A stretch of 64,000 bases of DNA, from positions 107,758,001 through 107,822,000 of the forward strand of contig CM059431.1 in NCBI GenBank assembly GCA_030390025.1. The letters run 5' to 3'. This DNA is from Squalus acanthias. Its lineage: Eukaryota. Both the position numbers and the translations under genes were made by a program. The notes under the pieces were generated by a model that saw nothing but the letters and a program-made list of their open reading frames with translations, had not been told where the DNA came from and searched no databases. This document shows, piece by piece, positions 12,400 through 24,174 of the stretch; within the stretch, counting starts at the first letter, position 1, and each line of letters starts with the position of its first letter.

Positions 12400-12740
12400 C
12401 GCCATTCACTTCCAATCTTTGTAATCTCCTCCAGCCCCACAACCCTCCGAGATATCTGTGTTACTCTAATTCTGGCCCCCTGAGCATCCCCAGTTTTAAT
12501 CGCTCCACCATTGGTGGCTGTGCTTTCAGCTGCCAAAGCCCTAAGCTCTGCTCTCTACCTCTCTTTTCTCCTTTAAGACGCTCCTTAAAACCTACCTCTT
12601 TGACCAAAATTCTGGTTTCCTGTCCCAATATCTCCATATGTGATTCGGTGTCAAATTCTGTTTTGTAACGCTCCAGTGAAGCGCCTTGGGATGTTTTACT
12701 ATGTTAAAGGCACTATGCAGATAAAGTTGTTGTTGTTGTT
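12400..12740 (+). mobile_element. L2-type LINE 3' end
   Basis: Same 3' UTR as the other copies, with a (GTT)n tail. Confidence 0.8.
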
Positions 12741-13309
12741 AAGCAGACCATGCATCCACTAGGATATGAGTGTTTCATTTCCTTCTCAATATCTCAATCA
12801 ACAGTAGCGAAACCCAGGGATCATAACAAAACAAAGCTTTTGTCTTCGCAAGAACTGTTTAGTGGTCAGTCCTGCCAATACAAACATGGGCAGATACTTC
12901 TTTTTTCACGCCATAAAGCAAACTGATGGAAGGGCCACGGGTTAATTCATTCATTTGCGTCACTTTGATATGCTTATAATTGAATAGCTACATTGGCCAG
13001 CAGTGAACTCATTAAGGATGTCAGAAATGAACTGAAATCCATTATTCAGGATTAACTGTGATAATCAATGTATTTATATATGTGTATTTTCTTTTTTTTC
13101 TGTTCAAGTTTTAGTATCACTCCAGAATCTCCCTTTGGGGGTGATAATATAAGCCTGGAAATTATGCTGTGCAATATTATATGAACATTTAAGTATTTGT
13201 ATCAAGTGACTTTGTTTGCTACTTTAAGGTAAATTTTACGCTGTTTTAAATAAATGGCTGCTGACTCTGTTAAAACAGAAGAATTTGATATGAATGCATT
13301 AATTTTCAG

Positions 13310-13460
13310 GCTATGCTTCTCTAAGTTTTAGAAAGGAGAGAACTTTGCCAAAGATAAAGATTGGTCGGTTCTATGAGTGGCGTAACCAACGTGACCTGCA
13401 TGAGACTGAGGATAGAATGCCACACCGCTGCCTTGTTAGCAGACTGTTGTACTTCACCAG
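13310..13460 (+). CDS. Candidate spliced coding exon (151 nt), or the start of a longer exon running to the stop at 13815
   Basis: Acceptor AATTTTCAG|G at 13309/13310 and donor CAG|GTATT at 13460/13461. Only one plus-strand frame is open: YASLSFRKERTLPKIKIGRFYEWRNQRDLHETEDRMPHRCLVSRLLYFT. It lies in non-repetitive DNA. Confidence 0.4.
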
Positions 13461-14240
13461 GTATTCAACTCTACCTAGTTCAGGGTTGACGACCTGTCAG
13501 ACCTTCCAGGAGACACTGAACAATTTACTGGTGAAGCGACTGAAGGAGCCTGAAATATTACTGCAGCTGAAGTGCGCAGCGACACCAAGGCAAACCCCGA
13601 GGCAGGTTCCCAGCTCTGATCTGTCCAGCCACAATCCCATGCTAACCAGCACAGAGGTGTTGACATCAAACATGGGATTCAGAATAGAGAGTGAGGTGTT
13701 CAAAGACAGAAAACCTCTAGCTATGGATTCGGATGAAAATTATGCATCGCTAAAATGTTTTGTGGAATTCATGTTTTCCTTGTCTTTCCTTCATAGTCGA
13801 AGTCAGAGGAATTAGATTGATTTCCATCTTGATAATAGGTATTTCACCTTGTCTGCCCTCTCACAGGTCCAACATAAGCAACATATCCTTTCATTGTAAC
13901 AAAGGCTTCTTATCCGGGTTACACGCTGTATGTAATTTAACACTGTGAACTCACTGATATTTGCTTAATCAGTGATAAGGTAGCCGGGATGAGCTAATAA
14001 CACTAAAACTGCTAGCTCCTATCATTCCTAGCTTGCACTGTGACATAATATTCGGTACTTGTCTGCTGGGCCTAAATTGCCTCGGCCATCGCCTTTTAAT
14101 TACAGCGGGATTATTCATGGAACCTTGCCAATTCTGTTTGTCGAGAGCGGCCTGCTCTCAGCAAGTTCATCAGACTGGTTGATGTGCAGCGATTTGATTA
14201 GGAAGTGAGTTTGAGAGAGAATTGTATTGTACTCTGAGAT
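13310..14240 (+). pseudogene. Crypton-like tyrosine recombinase sequence (KCTD1/KIAA1958/ZMYM DUF3504-like); 5' part open, 3' part decayed
   Basis: Ordered motifs F.EW...R........M....L...L..F, LN..L, KEPE and SL...V.F...L.F...R...N. After a frameshift come (R)Y..LG.N.LG, AGL, SRAA and G...I. The match is recalled from memory, not searched. Confidence 0.55.
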
Positions 14241-14932
14241 TACTAAAACCAACTTCAACTTGAGCTAAAGACTATCGTTGTTTAATATTGGAAATTATAA
14301 TTGAAAATTGCATGTGATTTTTTTTTAGTTCTCTGTCATTCCATTACCTCAATTAGCTCGCGATTTGCACCAGCGTTAAGTATTACAAATGATGCAAAAT
14401 GGTGTGTGGGAACTTTCTGCTCTTGGTGAAGTGCCACTGATATATAAAAGGTCTACAATCGCAGATGCAGTTAGCACGTTTGTTTGCATTAGATTGTCCA
14501 GTAACTGAGACTGCTCTTCTTTATACGAGCAATATCTACATTAATTTGTTATATATTGTTTGCATCTTTATGAAGGTAAAATGCACAACAAAGGTGAAAT
14601 ATTGTTAAAAGTGGAGAAGGAAAAGGGTTCAAACTGGGGCAGGATGATAAGCAAAGCTCCCCATGGATTTTTCTGTTTTATTTTAATTTTGTTAACGATC
14701 TGAAAAGGTCATAAATAGCATTGCCTATTACATATTGAAATCCCTGAGTGGGTCACAGCTTTCGTGAAATGGATGGAAAGGTCTACTGTCACACTATCTC
14801 AATGGAGAAATGCAATGTAAGCGTGTTAGCGTTTGCCTGCAACACCAGCTATGCCTGTAGGCGTTGCTCTGACAGGGATTTTAATGTTAACTGTCAGGCA
14901 ATGTTAGCTGCTGAAGCAACAGCCGCTACACA

Positions 14933-15204
14933 GGCCCGAATTTTCCTCAGAGCTTTTTCCTTGCTCCGCTGCCATAACTGTACCGGAAGTAGCGGCGGAA
15001 ATCCCATTTGCGTGCGTAAGCAGGGTATCCGTCGCACTGCCAGCGAGGTTACGGCGGCAGAGAAAATTCCAAACAGCAGTATATCGAGAGATAACACCAA
15101 AGTAAACTGTCCGGCACAAAATTTCCTCAGATCTTACGGTGCAACAATGGCATAAGTAAGACGTTACTCCGGATTTTCGCCACAAAAGATTGAGGAAATT
15201 TGTT
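14933..15204. mobile_element. Two adjacent short palindromic MITE-like elements
   Basis: Starts are GGCCCGAATTTTCCTCAGA and GGCACAAAATTTCCTCAGATCTT, with an inverted end AAGATTGAGGAAATTTGT and an internal hairpin at ~14955-15066. Confidence 0.55.
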
Positions 15205-16188
15205 TTGAACTGAGTGTAAGTCACTGAGCGTGAGTTTTTACGCTTTGTTTGAATTCCCTCGATTTTTTTACACTTACTTCCCACCCCCACTGAAATCAGG
15301 GATGTGGGAGATGTCTACACTTTCGGAAAAACAGGAATGCTTTATAAAAAGTGAACTCCGAAGATAAACAAGATTCATGGACTTAGTAGTGCTGTAGGTA
15401 GATTGGGGCGCTCAGTGTATCATCATTACAAAACATGCCGAGTAAAATGGTGAAATGGAGAGTCACGATCCCTACCCGAGCTTGTTACCTTAGGTGGAAC
15501 CAATTTATCAGGGTTTTCATCTGCCTTGAGCTGTTGGCAGCCTGGAAATCCCAGTGACAGATGTTCTTACCAATGCTCCTTGAAGTAAACAAAACATCTT
15601 TCCACTGGGGGCTTCATCTGTACTAATGAGCAAGGTTGAAAATGATTGCCATTTTCACTTCTGCACTGCGGCCTTAGATGCTGAACTTGTGATTCAAAGG
15701 ACCAAAATGCTGGATATTATAAAGCCTAGTTCAAACCTTAAGTCTGAATTTAGGGGTTAGTCTTCCAGTTACAGGGGAAAATAATGAGATTTAGGGATGT
15801 ACTCTAATGTAGATGGTTCCAAATGTATCCAATCCATATGAAGGATCCCACAGCAACAGTATGAGATTTATTGAATAACGGGTTTTTTTAAATGATGAAT
15901 AAAGTGATAACCTCTCTTTTTGCTGGCGTGCTCTGATTAAGAGATTCTATGATAGATATCCTTCCACAGATGATGTTGTCATCAATATAATCATGCATGC
16001 AACTTAACATCATGGGGCTAATACAATAACCCCATACAGAAATGTAGAAAGAGACTATTGACTGCATCTTTCTCAGTCTGAACAAGGAGGAGAATTGCAT
16101 CTTTTTAAATCATAATTGATGACCCGTTAACAAAAATTAGGGAAGGCGCAGTTAAGAAAGGTGAGAGTCTGGTGTATGAGACTTCATT

Positions 16189-16909
16189 GGGCCGTATTTT
16201 CCGACCCCCACGGGTGCGTACGAAGTGCATACGCGCCCGTAGGGGCCGCGCAAGTGCCAGTTTCAGGCATGCGAAGCGCATGCGCTGAAACCCGGCACTT
16301 GCGATCTGTCAAGAATTCTCTTGACAGATCCTCCGCATCCCCGGGAGAAGTGCCTCTGCGGGTAACTTCCACCCGCTGAATCCTCGTCAAATTCTTACGC
16401 CTGGTAAAAGCAGCGTAAGGCCTGCTTTTACCAGCTTAAGAGTTTAAAAAATAGAAAAATGAAATTTGATAACTCATTTATAAATTAAAAATACTATTCA
16501 AAAAGGTAAGTTTATTTTTAGCCCCATAAAAACATGTCATTTTTTGTTTAAAATATTTAATTAAATGGCATTTTAATTAATTTTAAATATGTAATTTAAA
16601 AAAATATTTAATGTGTTGGTGTATTTTTTAGGTGATCCCCATTCATACTTTTGACAGTTCCGTACCTACTGACCTGTCAAAAGGTTGAATGGGGATTCCC
16701 TTCTTCCATTGGTTGGGCCGGCCCATGTTATCTCAGGAGCGTCTACGAACCGCTTGTGCCCCTGGGATACGTGGGGCTCTGCCTGCGCGGACCCGGAGAG
16801 GCCCAGGATCGCCAGCCGGCATTCTTCCCGGGCCACCAGGTACTTTCGTAGACATTTTGCAGGTCGGCGGCGTCTGCCCGCGGGAGCCTCCGATCGCAAA
16901 TGTTGGTCC
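16189..16909. mobile_element. Harbinger-type MITE
   Basis: TIRs GGGCCGTATTTTCCGACC / GATCGCAAATGTTGGTCC, a 3-bp ATT TSD on both sides, and GC-rich arms around an AT-rich core. Confidence 0.7.
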
Positions 16910-16997
16910 ATTAGCACGAATGAAATAAAAAGAAGCCTATCATGGCACACCTGTAATAATGATCCTTTAACAACTGGAATATATATAGTACCTTTAA

Positions 16998-17322
16998 TCC
17001 GTCTTTCGGATGAGACGTTAAACTGAGGCCCCATCCGCTCTCTCGGGTGGATGTAAAAGATCCCATGGCACTATTTCGAAGAAGAGCAGGGGAGTTCTTC
17101 CCGATGTCCTGACCGATATTTATCCCTCAACCTGCATCACTAAAAAAAACCTGATTATCTGGTCATTATCACATTGCTGTCTGTGGGAGCTTGCTGTGAG
17201 CATATTGGCTGCCGCATTTCCTACATTACAACAGTGACTACACTTCAAAACTACAAAGCTGCAAAGTGCTTTGGGATGTACGCAAGGTCAGGCAAGGCAT
17301 TATATAAAGGCAAGTTCTATCT
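16998..17322 (+). mobile_element. DeuSINE-type SINE, 5'-truncated
   Basis: Contains CCGTCTTTCGGATGAGACGTTAAAC...AAAGATCCCATGGCACT. Confidence 0.8.
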
Positions 17323-17949
17323 TTTGGTGTTCAAAAACGTAAGCTAATGAGCCACTTAACTATTAAAATTCAGCCGGAGACGGCAATGATCCAACACTAA
17401 ACTCAAAGAGCCTATAAACTGATCAGTCCTGGATGCACTGGCAACAGTGGCAATGGGAAAAATGGACCAGATTTCTGACGGGGGAGGATGGCCTTCAGCT
17501 ATACAAAGAGTACAACAAGTCGGGCAGTGTGTCACAGGAAGCGCCAATGTGATACCATGGAGTGATGTGGGGGTGTTCGAAGACAGAAGGTTATTAGAAC
17601 ATGAAATGCTTTACCACAGGTCGCTGTGGATGCAGAAACATCATTCAACAGGGAATCGCATGTGTATAAAGAGGAACATATAAAAGATTGCGCAGAAAGA
17701 GCAGGAACGTTGGATTAGAGCAGGTAGTCCCTGTTGAAGTACTGGCACAGGCACAGTGGGCTGAATGGCCTCCTTTTTGTGCTTGAATTTCTACGATTGT
17801 ATAATCAATGACTCAGAGTAACTGACGGGAGGTCTGGTGCGAGTTCCACGATTTAAAGATCAAATTGTTGCTTTGAACGTGGTTCATGACCAAAACTGAA
17901 CAATTACCCCTGAGCTAGGTCAACTATATTTATGTTGGAAAATGATCCA

Positions 17950-18446
17950 GTGGAGGCACTGGAGAGGGTGCAGAGAAGATTTACAAGGATGATACCAGAA
18001 ATGCGAGGGTATACAGGCTGGGTCTCTGTTCTCTTGAAAAAAGAAGGCTGAGGGGTGGCCTAATAGAGGTCTTTAAAATTATGAAAAATTTTGATAGAGT
18101 GGAGACAGAGAGAATGTTTCCACTTATGGGGAAGAACGTAACTAGAGGCCATCAATATAAGATAGTCACCAAGAAATCCAACAGGGAATTCAGAAGAAAC
18201 TTCTTTACCCAAAGAGTGGTGAGAATGTGGAACTCGCTACCACAGGGAGTGGTTGAAGCGAATAGTATAGATGCATTTAAGGGGAGGCTAGACAAGCATA
18301 TGAGGGAGAAGGGAATAGAGGGTGATGTTGATAGATTCAGATGAGGAAAGATGGGAGGAGGCTCGTGTGGAGCATAAACGCCGGCATGGACTGGTTGGGC
18401 CGAATGGCCTGTTTCTGTGCTGTATATCCTATGTAATCCTATGTAA
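17950..18446 (+). mobile_element. CR1 3' fragment
   Basis: RRNFFTQRVV.MWNSLP with an ATCCTATGTA tail. Same subfamily as 60265-61045. Confidence 0.88.
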
Positions 18447-19405
18447 TTCCATGATCCATTAAAAGTATTTTTCTGCTATAAACCTATAAGATAACGTTGA
18501 ATGAATTTCCCTTTGTTGCTTGTTATTCTACTTTTTTGTGTTTACAGCAAAGTATGTTGCAGCTAACAGCATGGAAAGCTTTTCAGAGACAGATATATTG
18601 CCGTATCAATATTATAACTGTCTGGAAAACTGCAGTGAAGCAGACAAAAACCTGATTGGGTTGTTTGTGAAGAATGTATTGGAGTCTGTAATTATTATCA
18701 ATAGAAGACTGCTGTCAAATCCCAGTCAATAACAAAAGCACATGTATTTTAGACGTATCCATTGCAGCATTAACTCACTTAAGAAAAGGAAAGCAGCAAC
18801 TTTCTTGGAGTAACTTTCCTCTCTTAAGGAAAAAGGCCGGTGAGAATGTAGAGGAGTTTATTTTGCTGACTTGATACCAGTGGAAATAAAGGTCATCAAA
18901 TGCTTATTCTACAGCAGGGAATGCAGAAGTCACTGTCACATTATTAGCAAGCCAGGCAGTTGACATTTACCAGTGACCTTTAAATGGGCTGAATACTGAA
19001 TATACGAGGCAAAATTATGAAATTGCAGCTTTATGCTAAAAGATTAACAAATCATTAGGCAACTGTGGATAAGGGGTGTGTGAGGGGGCGGTGAAACAAG
19101 TAATATTAATGTTCCTACTTTCATTATCAGTCAATTTATCTGACAGGGCTGTAAGTCAATTTAGTAGCACGATCATTTCTAAATTCAGATTTCTCATCAA
19201 GTCCACAACAGCAATTCTCATTGACAAGCATTATATGCAGATTTATGTAGATTTGATACATGAATGAGATTGGCCACAGTATTGATATTATATGATTTCA
19301 AAGATCAAATATTGTGTTGCAAGTCAATAAAATCATGTTGTAATCTCCCCATTTGTGACAAATTTGCATGGATTAGGTGGTATATGATCTGACTGGTTCC
19401 TGGTC

Positions 19406-19698
19406 AACAACAACAACTTGCATTTATATAGCGCCTTTAACGTAGTAATACGTCCCAAGGTGCTTCACAGGAATGTTATAAAACAAAATTTGACACCAAG
19501 CCACATAAGGAGATGACCAAAAGCTTGGTCAAAGAGGAAGGTTTTAAGGAGGGTCTTAAAGGAGGAAAGAGAGGTAGCGAGGCGGAGAGGTTTAGGCAGG
19601 GAATTCCAGAGCTTAGGACCCAGGCAACAGAAGGCACGGCCGCCAATGGTGGAGCGATTGAAATCGGAGATGCTCAAGAGGCCAGAATTAGAGCAGCA
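19406..19698 (-). mobile_element. L2-type LINE 3' end
   Basis: (CAA)n tail and GGRAFCCLGPKLWNSLP...FKTLLKT.LF on the minus strand. Confidence 0.85.
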
Positions 19699-20484
19699 GG
19701 GAGTAATTAATGATAAACCTGAGTGCTCAAATGGATATGCAAACCATTCCACTGACCTTGTTTACCTGGATGAGGTTAAGAAATTCAAATTTAAATTAAA
19801 TCTTTTTAGTGATGCAATAATTATATTCTTTGTTTTATGATATGCTGCTGCACTATGCGTATATTTTAAAGCCAGTATTGTATTACATTACCAATCATGC
19901 TATCACAATGTATAGAACTGCTATGTTGCAAAATATTTCCAGTATTTCAGATTAAATCAGAAATAATTAACTACTGAGAATGATTAATGAGGTTGCTATA
20001 AAAATCTACACACTTATCTATGGGCTTCCAAGTTATTAATCACTTACATGATACCAGGAACGTTATAGTTATGAGGAGAGACTTGAGGTGCTGGGACTAT
20101 TTTTACAGAAGCAGAGAAGGTCCAGAGAAGAGTTAACAGAGGCCTTTCTTAAATGGTGAAGGGTTTTGATAGGGTGAATTAGGAAATACTGTTTCCTCTG
20201 GTTCGGCGTCAGTGACAAAGGTGGGAATTCTCTCCCTTAACTCCAGCCAATCGCGGCAGAAAATTCAGGCAGTGAAATCTACTGCCATCTCGCCGCCCCG
20301 ACCGGAATTTCCCTCCCCTATCCCCACCAGGACAGCCAAAATATGTTCCTTCCCCACCTGTTGCCTGCAAATAGTGGCAGGCAGGTCCACGTCCTGGGTA
20401 CTTGGCAGATTTTACTTCTTTTCACCCCAGTTACTTCTGCTTCCAAAGTCCACCATGTGGAAAGGGGCACGAGGCCCTAGAATG

Positions 20485-20783
20485 CAGTCCTCCAATTGTG
20501 GCCCCTTGCATATCTCTGATTTTCTTCGTCCCTCCATTGGCGGCCGTGCCTTCAGCTGTCTAGGCCCCAACCCTGGAATTCCCACCCTAAACCTTTCCGC
20601 CTCTCAACCTCTCTCTCCTTTAAGGTGCTCCTTAAAATCTACCTCTTTGATGAAGCTTTTGGCCACTTGCCCCAATATCTCCTTATGTGGCTTGGTGTCA
20701 AATTTTGTCTGATAAAGCTCCTGTGAAACGATTTGGAATGTTTTGCTACATTAAAGGCGCGATATAAATGCAAGTTGTTGTTG
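20485..20783 (+). mobile_element. L2-type LINE 3' end
   Basis: Same repeat, with an AAATGCAAGTTGTTGTTG tail. Confidence 0.8.
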
Positions 20784-21069
20784 GGATTGTTGATGATGCA
20801 ATGGTAAAAGGCCAGTGTTTCACCAATAGAGGGAGAGGGCTTGTACTGACATCATCTCCCTCTAGTTGGCCTCATAGACTTATCTGCTGAAGATCATGGT
20901 CTCAGTCAGGGCTATCAGTGGGAGCCTACCTTTCAATCTACGGAGAAATTTGAGATCCCTCACTGCCATTTCTGGTGCTGCAGTGGCATAATTGCACACG
21001 CTGGACATAGGAATGCTGCTGGGATCCTGTCATGCATCATGCAATGAACCGAAAATCCACATTCCATTA

Positions 21070-23372
21070 GACTTTTTGATTATTTTCTGTACCGGTCCAT
21101 GACATTTTAATGATCTATGTACATGGACCCCTAAGTCTCTTTAGACCTCTACTGCTTCTAGCTTTTCACCATTTAGAAAGTACTCTGATCTAGCCTTTTT
21201 AGGTCCAAAGTGGATGATCTCAAACTTGCATGCATTGAAATCCATTTGCCACAGTTTTGCCCATTCCCTTAATCTATTAATATCTCTTTGTAATTTTATG
21301 CTTCCATCTACACTGCTTACAATGCAGCCTATCTTTGTGTCATCGGCAAACTTGGATATGTGGCTCTCTATCCCATCATCTAAATCGTTAATAAATGCAG
21401 TGAATAGTTGAGGCCCCAACACAGATCCCTGTGGGACACCACTAGTCACATCCTGCTAATTAGAGTACCTGCCCATTATCCCTACTCTCTGTCTCCTGCC
21501 GGTCAGACTATTTCCTAACCAGGTCAATAATTTGCCTTCAATTCCATGAGCTTCAACATTAGCTAACAGTCTCTTATGAGGGACTTTATCGAATGCCTTC
21601 TGGAAGTCCATATAATTAACATCCATAGACATTCCCATCCACCACTTTAGTCACCTCTTCAAACATTCACTCAGGTTTGTCAGGCATGCCCTACCCTTTA
21701 CAACTCCGTGCAGGCTCTCTCTGATCAGCTGAAATTTTAAGGCGTTCAGTCACTCTATCCTTAATTATAGACTCTAGTAATTTCATGACAACAGAGGGTA
21801 ACTGGTCTATAATTCCAGGTTTTCCCTCTCTCGCCTTTCTTAAATAGCGGAGTGACATGCAATTTTCCAATTTAAAGGAACAGTTCCTGAATTGAGGGAA
21901 CTTTGGAAGATTATAATTAGAGCATCTGCAATGTTCTCACCTACTTCTTTTAAAATCCTGGGATGGAAACCATCTGGTCCTGGGGATTTGTCACTCTTTA
22001 GTGCCACTGGGGACGATTTTGTCAATGGGGGCACGTTGGAGGCGGGACTGCTGCTTGTCGGGTTTTAGTCGACTTGTGGCCAACCTATGCTATTTTCCCT
22101 TGATTGACCTTGTTAAGCACGCCCAGCGGGCTTAGCAGGCCAATTAAGGGGAAACCAGTTGCAGAGGACGTCAGCGTATGACGTTTCATCTGTCAAAAAT
22201 TTTTGACAGATGAATTGTCATCGTTTGACAGCTCTGTGATGCTGTCAAACACTGACATTCTCTCTTGTTTGATGAGTTCTTGTATTCAAGACCTCATCAA
22301 ACCTCTTTTGTGAGCAGAAATTAGATGGCTGTTGCATCGGAGAATGCAGCTGCCATCTGTAATCTCTGCCGGTGAGATGTGGGGAGTCTCCGCATCCCCA
22401 ACTGTTGAAGCCTGCAGGAAGAAACAAAGGTAAGTAAACATTTTCTATCACTTTCCACTTACCTCACATACTTACCTGTCCACACTTGCCCGCCTCCTGG
22501 GAAGATGGCACGGAGGCGGGTTGGGTACCCGCCCCCAGATTCTGCCATTTTTCCGACAGTCCTGCCTCCAAACCCGCCTCCCCAGGGCTGGCAAGATCGC
22601 GCCCATTATTTTCTTCATAACTGTTGATTAGCTTACGTTAATTTTGGTAAGTCCCCATCCCTGATTCAATATTAGTTTCCTTGGGATTTCCGGCATGTTA
22701 CCCTCTTCCTCCACTGTAAATACTGTGCAATGTAATTATTCAACATGTTCACCTTTTCCTTATTTTCCTTTACATTATCACCGCTACCACTTTTCAAGGG
22801 GCCCACATTACACCTGGCCACCCTCTTTTTCCTAATAATATTGTAATTACTTTACATCTTATAGTTTTCCCTTTACCTGTAGTGCCTAAGCACAATTTCT
22901 GACTATTGCTCTACTCTCTTCCCTTTCGTTTGTTTTTGATTTATTATTTAGACTACCTTTTCCACCTGAGCCCTCCCCCCATTTATTGGTTTAAAGTCCT
23001 CGTGACCACCCAATTCATCCTTTCTGCTAGGACCATGGTTCAGGTGGAGCCCGTCCCAGCGGTACAGTTCCTTCCTGTCCCAGTACTGGTGCCAGTGTCC
23101 CATGAAATGGAACCCCTCTTTTCCACACCATTCCTTCACTCACGTGCTAACCTCCCTAATCTGCTTATCCCTATGCCAATTTGCATGTGGCTCAGGTAAT
23201 AATCAGAGATTATAACCTTTGAGGTCCTTTTTTGTAATTTAGCTCCTAGCTCCTGCTACTCTCCAAACAGGTCCTCTTGCCAACTCTTTCCTATGTTGTT
23301 GGTCCCAACATGGACCACAATGACTGGCACCTCCCCCTCCCTCTTCAATATACGTTCAAGCCGGTTCAAGTT
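21070..23372 (-). mobile_element. CR1 LINE, internally deleted (ORF1 esterase + RT fragments)
   Basis: DGLHLN in ORF 22948-23139, plus MDFQKAFD, GVPQGSVLGP and KFADDTK. Same subfamily as 48640-53503. Confidence 0.88.
22009..22604. mobile_element. Harbinger-type MITE inserted in a CR1
   Basis: TIRs GGGGACGATTTTG / CAAGATCGCGCCC with flanks ACT/ATT. The left arm resembles the Harbinger-derivative terminus. Confidence 0.7.
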
Positions 23373-23374
23373 GT

Positions 23375-23940
23375 CGAGGGAGTACTGCACTGTCGAAGGT
23401 GCCGTCTTTCGGATGAGACATCTGCCCTCTCAGTTGGATGTAAAAGATCGCATGAAACTATTTCGAAGAAGGGCAGGGGAGTTCTTCACAATGTCCTGGC
23501 CAATATGTATCCCTCAACCAACCCCTAAAATCAGATGGTTATTGACATGAATCTGTCATTCATGAAAGAAAGACTTATGAAACAATATTGAGTGGCCTGC
23601 GGGTGGCGCTGTCCAGGGAGAGAATAAATACTCAGGCACGGGCCCAGCTTGCGCAGGACATTCTTAACAGGAACTAGTGAAGGACACAACTCGATCTCCA
23701 TTTTGTAAAACAGTTGATTAAAGCTTTGTTTAACACTTAGACCAAGTGCCTAGTAGTTTTCTTACGTGAGTTATTATCACATTTCTGTTTGAGGGACCTT
23801 GCTGTGCGCAAATTGACTGCCGCGTTTACTGCATTGCAACAGTACATTGCACTTCAAAAGTACTTCAAAAGTGTTTGGAATGTCCTGAGGTCATGAAAGG
23901 AATTACATAAATGCAAGTCTTTCTTCCTTTTCTTTCTTTC
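23375..23940 (+). mobile_element. DeuSINE-type SINE interrupted by a 226-bp insert
   Basis: The Deu domain and tail are present, with a foreign segment at 23544-23769. Confidence 0.75.
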
Positions 23941-24174
23941 TCCCTATGATGTCAGCAATTAAAAGTTGCCCCAAAGAGACTGAGACGAAAGATAGTTTTT
24001 GTTAGTGCAAGGAATGCCTTGACACAGCTGGTAGTTGAGGCAGAAACCATTGCATCGTTCAATGTAAAATTGGAGAAATATTTGAAGCAGAGGGAAATAC
24101 AGGGTTATGGGGAGAGGGCAGGGCAGTGGGATTAGTTTTGGATTGCTCCAGCAAGGAGCCAGGCCAGACACGAT

